Assembly (NCBI RefSeq): GCF_963921235.1
Contig: NC_086097.1
Span: forward strand, 115,818,001-115,882,000
Reading direction: 5' to 3'
Source: Mobula hypostoma
Taxonomy: Eukaryota
Length of the DNA: 64,000 nt
Below are positions 12,035 to 23,360 of this stretch, piece by piece. The notes under the pieces were generated by a model that saw only the letters and a list, made by a program, of their open reading frames with translations, made no database searches and was not told where the DNA came from. Each line of letters begins with the position of its first letter. Position 1 is the first letter of the stretch. Position numbers and translations under genes: made by a program.

Positions 12035-12412
12035 GAACATAAGAACATAAGAAATTGGAGCAGGAGTCGGCCATCTGGTCCATCAAGACTGCTCCACCAT
12101 TCAATAAGATCATGGCTGATCTAACCATGGACTTATCTCCATCTACCTGCTTTTTCTCCATAACCCTTAACTCCCCAACTATACAAAAATCTATCCAACC
12201 TTGTCTTAAACAAGGTTCCACTGCTTCACTGGGCAGAGAATTCCACTGTTTGACCACTCTCTGGGAAAAGCAGTTCCTCCTTATCTCTGTCCTAATTCTA
12301 CTCCTCCGAATCTTGAGGCAAGGTCTCCCAGTTCTAATCTCACCTACCAGTGGAAACAACTTTCCTGCCTCTAGCTTATCTATCTCTTTCATAATTTTAT
12401 ATATTTCTATGA
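12035..12412 (-). mobile_element. CR1 3' fragment
   Basis: KLFPLVGEIRT...RRNCFSQRVVKQWNSLP and (aacataag)n tail. Confidence 0.85.
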
Positions 12413-12444
12413 ATTCTTAGAGGCCGGGTTCAGGCTGTCTTTCC

Positions 12445-13580
12445 TGTGGGTGAACCCTCGCAAGGTAGCAGGTCCGATGGAGCACCTGATAAGGCTCTGA
12501 ATACATGCCAACAAACTGGTGGGAGTATTCAAGAACATTTTAACCCCACACTGCTACAGTCGGAATATCCTACCTGCTTCAAAAGGGCAACATTTATACC
12601 AGTGCCCAAGAAGAGTAGTGTGAGCTGCCTTAATAACTATTGTCCAGTAACACTCACACCTATGGTGATGGAATGCTTTGAGAGGTTGATCATGCTGGAA
12701 TCAAATCCTGTCTTAGTAAGGACCTGGACCCATTGCAATGTGCTTATTGCCACTATAGGTCTATGGCAGGTGCAACCTCAATAGCTCTACACATGGCCTT
12801 AGATCACCTGGACAGTACAAACACTTACGTCAGGATGCTATTTGTAGACTATAGCTCAGCATTTAACACTATTATTCCCATAATCCTGATTGACAAGCTA
12901 CAGAACCCGGGCCTCTATAAAGAGGGTAAGGCAGTAGTTATATTTCATCTGGAGTTTGAGGAGATTTGGTTTGTCACCTAAAACACACAAAAACTTCTAT
13001 AGATGTACTGTGGAGAGCATTCTGACAGGCTACATCAGTGTCTGGTATAGGGTGTGAGGGTGGGGGCTACTGCACAGGATTGAGGCAAGCTACAAAAAGC
13101 AGTAAGATTAGTGAGCTCCATCCCGGGTACCAGCCTCCATAGTATTCAAGATGTCTTCATGGAGCAGTGCCTCAGAAAGGCAGGGTCCATTATTAAGGAC
13201 CCCCCACCACTCAGGACATGCTGCCTTCTCATTGTTACCATCAGGAAAAAGGTACAGAAGCCTGAAGGCACACACTCAGCGATTCGATTCAGGAACAGCT
13301 TCTTCCCCTCTACCATCTGATCTGTAAATGGGCATTGAACCCATGAACACAACGTCACTTGTTTTTGTTTTTATATTATTTTTATTTTGCACTATTTAGA
13401 ATTTAACTATTTAATAGACATATGTATACTTACTGTAATTGATTTACTTATTTATTTTTTATTTTATTATTTCTTTCTCTGTATTATCATGTATTGCATT
13501 GTACTGCTGCCGCTAAGTTAACAGATTTCACGACACATGCCGGTGATAATAAACCTGATTCTTAATCTGATTCTGATTCT
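12445..13580 (+). mobile_element. Degenerate, internally deleted Rex1/Babar-type LINE
   Basis: IPVPKKSSVSCLNNYCPVTLT, YVRMLFVDYSSAFNTI, IIKDP..., RFRNSFFP; (tctgat)n tail. Confidence 0.85.
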
Positions 13581-13670
13581 AATTCTTCTTCACACCCTCA
13601 CTCTAACCTTTCTATCTTTAGTGCTTTACATTGCTCCCATAAAGTCTAACATAAGCTTAGGGAATAGTAC

Positions 13671-13871
13671 AAACAACACGAATTCTGCAGATGCTGGAAA
13701 TTCAAGCAACACACATAAAAGTTGCTGGTGAACGCAGCAGGCCAGGCAGCACCTCTAGGAAGAGGTACAGTCGACGTTTCAGGCCGAGACCCTTCGTCAG
13801 GACTAACTGAAGGAAGAGTGAGTAAGAGATTTGAAAGTGGGAGGGGGACGGGGAGATCCAAAATGATAGGA
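13671..13871 (-). mobile_element. Young PLE pLTR fragment
   Basis: Near-identical to 3922-4128; 9-bp TSD gaatagtac (13662-13670, 13872-13880). Confidence 0.92.
13769..13804 (-). ncRNA. Minimal hammerhead ribozyme motif
   Basis: Identical to 4023-4058. Confidence 0.85.
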
Positions 13872-14249
13872 GAATAGTACCTCATCTTTCATGTGGGCAC
13901 ATCACAACCTCTGAAATTTACTAGTGAAATGAACAATTTCAGACAATGCCTTTCTTTTGTTGTGGAGGGATAAAGACTTCCAGTACAATGCCAAGTTCTT
14001 GTAGTGACACGGAGATAAAAGGGCTATATGATTGATTCACCTTGCACACGCTGAAAAAGAGTCCTGATAGTGAAGTCAAGAGAACACAGAATGATGCAGA
14101 TCATGGCAAAATCTGTGGAGATAGAGGCAGAGTTACCAGTTCAAGGTAGAAAGAGCAGTTGTTGACCTCAACTGTTAATGCTCTTTCTCTGCATTAATGC
14201 TGCCTGACTGATAAACCTTCTCTCTTAAAGGCTGAGATCAGAACATCCC

Positions 14250-15772
14250 TCATAAATCTGTGCGAGGCATCAAGCCCTGACAGTGTATTCAGCTGAGCAC
14301 TAAAAGCCTATGCTGACCAACTGGCTGGACTGTTCTGGATGATCTTCAACCTTTCATTTCTGAGATCTGATGTCTCCCCGCCCCGCCTCCATTTCAACGT
14401 GGCATCAATTGCACTGGCTCCCAGGAAGAAAAGGGTGACCTACCTCGATGACTACCATTAAGTTACATTTATACCCACTGTAATGAAGTGCTTCAAGAAG
14501 TTGGTTATGGCTCCAATTAATTCTTGCCTCAGAAAGGACCCGGATTCACATATGAAAAAATAAGTCTGTATCAGATGCTATCTCACTGGGTCTCTACTTT
14601 GCTCTGGACCACCTGGACAACCAAAACCAGTACATCCGCTGTGCATTGACTACAGTTCAGTGTTCAATACTATCATCCCCTCATCTTGTTATCAGGCTCC
14701 AAGGCATGGACCTCTGTATCTCTCTCTGGAAGTGAATGTTCAGCTTCCTCACTGGGAGACCTGAATCAGCATATATCAGAAACACCATATTCCCCTCACT
14801 GACCATCAACATAAGCACAACTAAGTGCTGCAAGCTTAGACTTCAACTATCATCTCTCTAAACCTAAACTGTGTGGTGAGGCATAACTTCAAAGCCATCT
14901 ACAAATTTCCTAATGACAGTACTGTTGTTGGCAGAATCGCTGTTGTTGATGATGAGAAATGGTATAGGAGTAAGATTGGTCATCTGGTTGAGTGGTGCTG
15001 TAAAAACAACCTTGCACTCAAAATCAGCAAGACCGAAGAATTGACTGTGGACTTTAAGAAGGGGAAGCCACACAAACCTGCAATGGTTCTCATCAAAGGG
15101 TGTGGGTGGAAAGGATGAGCAGATTCAAGTTTGGTGTGTCAATATCTAGTAGGAACCATCCTTGTCCCAGCGCATAGATGCAACTAGAAAGAAAGAGCTC
15201 CAATATCTCTACTTCCTTAGAAGTTTAAGTTGATTGAGCATGCCATTGAAGACTCGGACAATCTTCTTCAGCTGCAAAGTGAAAAGCATTCTCACTGGTA
15301 TCATTACAGCCTGAAATGGATTCATCATGGCTGAGGAGCATTAGAGGCTCCTGAGAGTGGTGAGCTCAGCCACGTTCATCATAGTTACAGCTTTCTTCAC
15401 CATCAAAGACACATACAAGAGGCAATGTCTCGTCTGGACATCAACTATCGGAGCCATCTTCTCAAAATTTCCACCAGGCAGGAGGTACAGGAGACATCGC
15501 GAGATTCAACAATTGCTTCTTCCCTACTACCATCAGATCTTGAAGAGACCAGAGAATCCTGACACTACTTACGGTTATATTTCTTTCTTTCCCTCTCAGT
15601 CTTACGCTAGTGTCATTATCTTTATGTTGTTGTATATTTTGCGCATGTATAATTTATGCTGATTTAAATTTATATTATGTTCACATTGTACTGTGCTGCC
15701 ACAAAAAAAAAACAAATCATGGCATTTGCAATCTGCATGTAAATCTATGACAACAGTAAACTTGAACTTAAT
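14250..15772 (+). mobile_element. Highly degenerate Rex1/Babar-type LINE
   Basis: IYKFPNDSTVVGRI (FADD region), LVEWCCKNNLALKISKTEELTVDFKK, PPGRRYR; many stops. Confidence 0.8.
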
Positions 15773-15834
15773 TTCAGGTAGGTTTTATTTACATTGACAG
15801 TTAACAGCAGGAGCAAAGCAATTGTTCTCATTAT

Positions 15835-16120
15835 ATCAGGTTATTTATTGTGATACAGTGCAGAATAGACCATTCCGGCCCTTCGAGTCCTGTTGTCCAA
15901 TAATCTCCCAGTTTAACAGTAGCCTAATTATGGGACAATTTACAATGAGCAATTAACCCATCAGCTGGTATGTCTTTGGACTGTGGGAAGAAACTGGAGC
16001 ACCCAGAGGAAACCTGAACTCCTGGAGGAAACGGGAAGACTGCACAAGCTCCTTACAGACAGTGGCAAGATTTGAACACGGGTTGCTGGTACTGTAAAAT
16101 GTTGTGCTAACCACCCACTA
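15835..16120 (-). mobile_element. V-domain/HE1-like SINE
   Basis: tctttggactgtgggaagaaactggagcacccagaggaaacc is the reverse complement of the V-SINE core seen at 49150-49195. Confidence 0.7.
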
Positions 16121-16334
16121 TAGAGAAAGATCAAAATTCCTATGTTGAATATCTGTCTTACAGCAGTTGCCCCAGCTGAACTTTTAATACTCAGACTTGC
16201 TTAGAAATAACAGCAACTTCAGCGAAAAGGTAATCTGCACATACTTTGGTTTAAGTACATGCTGTATGTAGATTCCATGAAAATTATTTTTTGCAGCTGC
16301 ACAGTACATTGCAAGCACAATATAAACTGAAATA

Positions 16335-16569
16335 TGGAATCTGTGGAATTCTCTGCCACAGGAAACAGTTGAGGCCAGTTTATTGGCTATATTTAAGAGG
16401 GAGTTAGATATGGCCCTTGTGGCTAAAGGGATCAGGGGGTATGGAGAGAAAGCAGGTACAGGGTTCTGAGTTCGATGAACAGCCATGATCATACTGAATG
16501 GCGGTGAAGGCTCGAAGGGCCGAATGGCCTACTCCTGCACCTATTTTCCATGTTTTTATTCTTCTATGA
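16335..16569 (+). mobile_element. Young CR1 3' end
   Basis: Near-identical (reverse complement) to 23265-23495. Confidence 0.92.
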
Positions 16570-16784
16570 AATCAACATAAATTATGCATAACTTACATGT
16601 GCACAAAATAAACAAAATAAAGGTAATGACTCTAGTGCAAAATTGAGAGGGAGAGAAAGAAATATAACCTTGGGTAGTATTAGGCTTCTCAAGTCACTTC
16701 AAGAAACTGATGGTAGCACATAGATAAGTGTAACACTTGAAAGAGTCAATGCTTTCAAGGAGAGGAAATTAGCCAGGATAGGGC

Positions 16785-17200
16785 TAATGATAAAAATATT
16801 AAAGTTTGGTCATTGAAGCAGAGTTCTCTGATTTTTGAGCAAATGTTGTCCATTATAATTGGCTTTGAGGCATTATTAAACCCTATTCTTTCTTTTGAGC
16901 TCTTTTCCTTTCATGTTATATTAATGAAGATAATCAACATTTTTTACATATTCCCTCTGTCTTTATCAGTTACTAAGATTTATGCCAATGACAAAAATAT
17001 TAAAGTCAAAAATTTAAAGAAGTCTGGACATTGAAGAAGAGATTTTTGATTTTTAGACAAATGCTGTCTATTATAATTGGCTCAAAGACATAACTAACCC
17101 TCATCTTTCTTTTAAGCTCTGCTCCTTTAATATTACTTGAACAGAAAAAAAATTAAACACATTTCCTTTATTTTTATCAGTAGTAAGAATTTATGCGAAG
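16785..17200. repeat. Old tandem duplication, period about 218 bp
   Basis: cattgaag at 16811 and 17029; caaatg.tgtc.attataattggct and tttatcagt...atttatgc occur in both halves. Confidence 0.85.
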
Positions 17201-18669
17201 CGAACTCCATCTCTTGATTCAGGACTTAACATACTTCTGCGTAAATCCAATTTGTGCTGTTGCCAGGCAACACGTTTTTCATCAAATGAATCCAGAATTG
17301 AATAACCACATCATGTTTTTGATGGATGTTTAAGGTGCAGAATGTTACTCAGCAGAAAGGACTCAACTTAACATCTCCAAAGTAAAAGGAAAATATTTGC
17401 GCCTTTCTTTTTTGGAATCGATTAGTTGCAAAGGTGAGGTACTGGTGCCGTAAAACCAGTCGATCCTGGCAGATGTGGCTTATCAGCCATGCTTGGCAGG
17501 TCATCGAGGAGAAGGAAAACTCTGATCTCAAACCTCTGCTGCTCTACAGCTATACTTACTCATGGAGAAGGCTTCTGGATTAAACCCTGAGGAGAAATCT
17601 GGAGTCGAAGACTCTACGTTGAGTTCAACACTGACTGGCAACTCCCGCGATGCCACTGCTGCCAAACTCTATGAGTCCTTGCCATTCCTTTGGATTCATC
17701 AGCCAATAGGAGAACGGAAATCTGAGGCTGAGAAGATCTTGATGTTGAACAGCCCTCAGCACTGAAGCTTTGATGGTGGTTGTCATGTGATCAATACTTC
17801 CAATAGATGACAATCTGGATACTCATTGGGAAATAAAACAGAATGAAAATATTTGTGGGTTGGGTTGCCAGCGGAGAGTTGGAAGTGGGTGCATCATAAC
17901 ATTAAAAACCTTTGATCGGGATGGCAGAGACAAAGGCTTGCATGACAGAGATGCTAGAGAATGAAGGAAATGAGACTACATGGAAGAGGACTTTAGGAGA
18001 GAGTTTGGTCATGGTGTTTCCTGGCGAGCAGAGGTGATGTGATTTCTATACTGAAGAGGAATCAGAATGGTTTTCTGCTGGCTCCACTAGTCAATCAGAA
18101 ACAATAGAGCAGACAGGTTTTGACTATGAAATGCTACTGAAGGATCCAATGTGGGCAAAGAGGTGCAGGAACTCTTAAATAAAGTGTAGAATGCAATAGT
18201 ACTGCCCAAGCAGAGATACCTACTGTTTCTGCATCAGGAGCTAACTAAGAAGTTCTCCAGGAAGCAGTCCTTATTGGGGAATGTGGACTTTAATGAGTTC
18301 TTCAACATGAAGAAAAGTGTATCTGACTAGCATCAATGATTGAAGAGGTGCTTGGTGAAGGATCAGTGTCATCTAGCTGGTCTGTGTATTGGGAGTCTGG
18401 GAAACCTCATAAGTTACGGGTTGTTCTCGAGCTTCCCTGCTTGTTACATACTGAACATAATTCAGAATACATTTACTATCTAAGTTTGTATATATATAAA
18501 ACAACATTGAGATTCATCGCCTTGCAGGTAGCCACAAAACAAGACACCCCCAAAAAATTTAAAATTCCAACAAACACCCAATATGCAGAGAGAGAACAAA
18601 AAACAAACTATGCAAACAATAGAAGCAAGCAAACAGCTTTCAGAACGAAAGTGAATCCATAGACTCAGA

Positions 18670-18860
18670 GGCCCACAGGCTCAGCCTCGGTTCATGATAC
18701 AGAGGGGCAAAACGTTGTGGAGCCCACAGTTATGAAGCCCAGAGCAGCTGGAGCAGGCCCACAGGTTCAGCCTCGGCTCATCACACAATGGAGCAAAACA
18801 TCATGGAGTCCGCAGACACAAAGCCCAGAGCAGCCAGAGTAGGCCTACAGCCTCATCTTC
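18670..18860. repeat. 86-bp tandem repeat, about 2.2 copies
   Basis: ggcc(c/t)acag at 18670, 18756 and 18842; aagcccagagcagc in each full unit. Confidence 0.85.
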
Positions 18861-18949
18861 AGTGCAGCAGAGAGCAGAGCAAATGTCGCGGAGCAGGTGT
18901 TATTCTCAGCCACCTGGCTTCCCAGTACCACAATCATTGCAAAAAAAAC

Positions 18950-20465
18950 TAGTCACAATACACCAAGGACAGTCTAACCAATGCCTTATAAAGTCTCAGC
19001 TCCTTGCTCTTATATTCTCATCCTCTTGAAATGAATACCAACATTGCATTTGCCTTCCTGACCACCAACTAAACCTACAAGTTAACCTTTAGGGAATCCT
19101 GCACAACCTTTAGGGAATCCTGCACAAAGACTCCCAAGTCCCTTTGTACCTCTGATTTTTGAATTTTCTCCCTATTTAGAAAATATTATAAGCTTTTATT
19201 CCTTCTACCAAACACTGACTTACATTCCTTTCATGTAATACCATGAGCTTGTATCTTGTTAAGCAGCCTCACGTGTAGCACCTTGTCAAAGACCTTCTGA
19301 AAATCCATGTAAACAACATTCACTGACTCTCCTTTGTCTACCTTGCAAGTTATTTCCTCAGGCAAGATTTCCTCTTTAAAAAACCATGCTGACTTTAGGC
19401 TATTTTATCATGCGAAACCTCATCCTTTTTAATGGATTCCAACATCTTCCCAACCACTGAAGTCAACTGGCCTATAATTTCTGTTCTTCTGCCTCCCTCC
19501 CATTATAATAGTGGAGTGACATTTCCAATCACAAGAATCATTTCAGAATCTATTGAATTCTTGAAAGATAATTACTAATGCTTCCACAATCTCTTCAGCT
19601 ACCTCTTTCAGAACATTGGAGTGTAGTCTATCTGGTTCAGGTGATATACCTACCGTCAGACCTTTCACATTTCCAAGCACCTTCTTCTTAGTAATACCAA
19701 CAACACTCATTTATACCCCCTGATACTCTTGTATTTCTGGCATACTGTTGTGTCTTCCATAGCGAAGCCATTTCTTTGTTCTCGCCCCCCCCCCGCCCCC
19801 ATTATTACCTCTCTAGCGTCATTTTCCAGCAGTCCGATATTCACTTTTGTCTCCGTTTTATTCTTTAAATATTCTTTTACATTATTGGCTAGCTTTCCTT
19901 TATATTTCATCTTTCTCTCCTTATGGTTTTTTTTAATTGTCTACAATTGATTTTTAAAAGTTTCCTAATCTTCTAATTTCCCACTAATTTTTACTATATT
20001 GTACACTCTCTACTTTGTGGTATTTGACTTCCCTTGTCAGCCAAGGTTGCTTCATCCTCCCTTAAAAATACTTATTCATAATTGGGATATGTTGCTCCTG
20101 CATCTTCTGAGTTGTCTCCAGAAACTCCAGCTGTTATTGTTCTGCCGGCATCCCTGTTAATGTCCCTTCAAAATCAACATTGGCCAGTTCCTCTTTTATG
20201 CTCTGTATTTCCCTTTACTCCAGTGTAATACTGATACATCTGACTTGAGTTTCTCCCTCTCAAACTGCAGGGTAAGTTCCATTATATTATGATCACTGCT
20301 TCCTAAGGGTTCCTTTACCTTTAACTCCATAATCAAATTTAGTTTGTTTGACAACACATGATCCAGAATTGCCTTTCCCCTAATGGGCTCAAGCTGCTCG
20401 AAAGAAGACATCTGCCAGGTATTCTATGAATTCCCTCTCTTGGGATTCAACAACAACCTGATTTC
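18950..20465 (-). mobile_element. Degenerate, multiply deleted CR1 ORF2
   Basis: AILDHVLSN...EPLGSSDHN (endonuclease end), YKGKLANNVK, AFDKV-region remnants. Confidence 0.85.
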
Positions 20466-20816
20466 CCTTATGAATGAATTTTGTCATGCATACTGTCTTC
20501 CTTATTTGTGAATCCAGATCCACAAAAGTGGTTGACTGTTCCCTTCCCTTACAAACACGGAGGTGGACGATAAGGACACAGAACAGTACAGTACAGTACA
20601 AGCCCTTTGGCTAGTAGCATGAGCAAATACATTTTAACTAGTTTTAAAAATTTGCTGGACCACTTAGTTTTTTAAGTTCAAGTTTATTGTTACAGGCATG
20701 CACTCGTAAGGCATAACCGCCTTCATAATTAGTTTTTTTTTGCAGCAGCGACACAGTACATTACACATATTACTATTGGCTGATCCTGATTCTGATTCTA
20801 GTTTATCATTGTCACA

Positions 20817-21530
20817 TTCTTCTTTTATGTTACTGCTAAGGCTAATAAATATGGCTTCTTTGTTATGTTTGAATAAAATGGCTTCTTTGTTATGTTAACT
20901 GTTGAGAAAGTGCTTCTCACTAGCAGCTTGTTTGGTTATAATAACTGATAACGAGAATTGTATTCACTTGCTAACCAATTGGGATAGATAGTATTCTTTC
21001 TTGTGTGTCTGTAAGCTATTGTTTTTGTGGGTTTTGAGGGGAAGGCGCAGTGGGGACAGAGAGAGGAGACGCGATGTTGTAAGCTGGGTGACAGAATGGA
21101 CCCCGAGTGGGAGTCTGAGACTCAGCGTCTTCGGCGAGGAGAGGAGATGAGGACGGACTCGTGTGGAGCATCTTGTCAACCACCATGGTTGGTCCTAGGC
21201 GGCGGGTCGAGGAGGTCGGAGGGGATCGAATGGTGGAAAGAAGACTCCGTTCATTGAGCTCCAACGGTTGTGCACGAAGTGGTTGAACTTTGATAAGTTT
21301 GGCGCCTTTTACTTTCCCTTTTATATTGTATCTCTATTAATTCCATAGTACCAGTAAGATTTATAAAGTGTAGTCATTTAATCGCGTATGGTGTACTGTC
21401 TGTTATTTGGCGTGGTGGGGTACATCACACAGCATCCACACAAACTGATTACCGAGTTTGGCAGGGCCAAAGGCTGCTCCCCCTAGATGAAAGCGAGCTG
21501 AGCAAGCCTGAGGCTTACCAGGGGGCTACA
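20817..21530 (+). repeat. 5' LTR (first ~9 bp missing)
   Basis: Collinear with 27965-28685; ends ggctACA; lacks the tgtagcggt start. Confidence 0.93.
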
Positions 21531-21533
21531 TTG

Positions 21534-21553
21534 TGGGGTTACTCATCCGGAAT
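21534..21553 (+). promoter_or_regulatory. Degenerate primer-binding site, tRNA-Pro-like
   Basis: tggggttactcatccggaat versus the canonical tRNA-Pro PBS tgggggctcgtccgggat; lies just after the LTR. Confidence 0.65.
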
Positions 21554-22360
21554 ATGGATTTTTGTAGGAAGCTGTGTGATCGCCCTCTTTAAGTTATGCA
21601 TGCTGCAGGGACGGAAAGCTGGTGTGCTGGTTATTACTGCATGTGTGTTGGGTGGGGTGGCTGTTGGTACCCCGGAGGTCTTTGTTCGAGATCAGACTAG
21701 CGCTGACGAGTTGGTGGTGGGACTGTCAGTGTCTATTGGTGCCCCAGGTGAGGCGGGACCATGGGCTGTCCGTACTGTTAGGAGAGAGAAGAAAGAGTGG
21801 TCTGATTTGGAGGTAGTGTCTGCGAATAAATGTTCCAGCTATGGCACGCTCCGCCTGGTTTTTGGGATATTGTCCACCCCTAAAGGGGCGGAGGCATACG
21901 AGACGTGGGTGGCGCGGATCTCTCAGTTGTTAGATGACTGGCAGAGGTCGGTTGAGGGAGAGCGACAGGGATTCGTTGAAAGTTTGAGTAAGTGGGCTGG
22001 TGATGGTGTTAGAACTGTCAGGGTCAATTACCCGTAGTGACAGGTGCCAGTTATCTGAAAGTGGGGGAAAATGCGTTTGGTTTGATTGGAAGTAAAATGA
22101 AGCACCTGGGGGGCTTTCCATACCTGTGTCAGGAAATTGGGAAAAAGCTTTCAGTGTATCTTCTCTGGCCAAGGGGGGGGGGGGCAGTTAAATTGCTTGC
22201 AGTGCCAGGGGGATCATTTCAGGGGATCAGTCCCTCCCTCAGTTGTTCAGTTGATCAGAGAGGTGTTGGGAAACTTAGTGGAGGCCCAGTGTGGGAACGG
22301 CTTGGGGTCTCTGGGGTAGCACGTTCCCAGCAATGTACCAAGAAACTTCCAACATGAACA
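21554..22360 (+). pseudogene. PNMA/Ma-like gag remnant
   Basis: LRLVFGILSTPKGAEAYETWV...WQRSVEGERQGFVESL resembles the PNMA capsid motif LR.FSG....GEE.FE.WL...W..SE.EKRRRL.ESL. Confidence 0.8.
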
Positions 22361-22399
22361 GACGCAATTCCTGAAGGCTTAGAGGGACCCCGCCCCCGT

Positions 22400-22830
22400 G
22401 TGTCATTACGGATAGATGGAAGCTATGCTAAAGCGATCCTCGACACCGGGGCACAGGTCAAGTTGTTGTACAGTTCGTTTTACAACCGGTTTCTGAAGCA
22501 TTTACCCTTGACAACATTAAGGGCACTGGAGATTTGGGTTACAAGTGCCAGTGATTATCCAGAAGACGATTATAGGTCAGTAAAACTGGAGTTCTCGAAG
22601 GCCAATGTGTGGGTGTCAGAGGGCCGTGTCGTTAGTGCTGATGTTTCCAGACCCTGGTGCGTTGGGCAGTGTTTCGATTCTGGAGGGGACCAACACCCTG
22701 CTGACAAGGAGGCACACGGGGGCCTGCCAAGAGGAGGCAAGTGAGAGCTGTTTGGGAGCATTGTCTGTGCACCCAGTGTTTCGAGCTGCTTATGAGGACA
22801 TGTGTAGCAGCATTGGGCCAGTACCGAATT
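22400..22830 (+). pseudogene. Retropepsin protease remnant
   Basis: [14 protein letters not shown] (DTG at 22442); frameshifted SILEGTN motif downstream. Confidence 0.88.
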
Positions 22831-22959
22831 AAAACAAGAGCCGATTGTGGTACGGCCCAGAGGAAGTATCTGAGGTTGAGACCCTCTTAGTAGATGCTCT
22901 GAAATACCACGAGGGAGGAAAGTTGACTGCTGAAGACACCTCGGAGAGAGTGGTCGCGG

Positions 22960-23264
22960 TGACTGGACCCTGTAGCCGTGGAAGACGTAGGCGGTGTGTG
23001 TGTGGATTATAGGACTCTGAACAGGCGCTCTGTCATTGACCAGAATACGGCCCTGAGGGCAGAAGACGCAATGGTCTGTCTGAATGGTGCGACGTGATTT
23101 AATGTGCAGGATCTGAGGAGTGAATGTTGCCAGATCCCGATGAGTGAGGCCGACAAGGAGAAGACAGACGTTATAGGTCCCCTAGGATTCTTCCGATCCG
23201 AAAAGATGCCACAGGGCATATCCGAAACCCCTGAAACCTTCCCGTGGGGGACAAGGAAGACCAT
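22960..23264 (+). pseudogene. Gypsy RT remnant, N-terminal part
   Basis: [28 protein letters not shown]...PLGFF...[12 protein letters not shown]. Confidence 0.88.
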
Positions 23265-23360
23265 AGAAACATAAAAACATAGAAAATAGGTGCAGGAGTA
23301 GGCCATTCGGCCCTTCGAGCCTGCACCGCCATTTATTATGATCATGGCTGATCATCCAAC

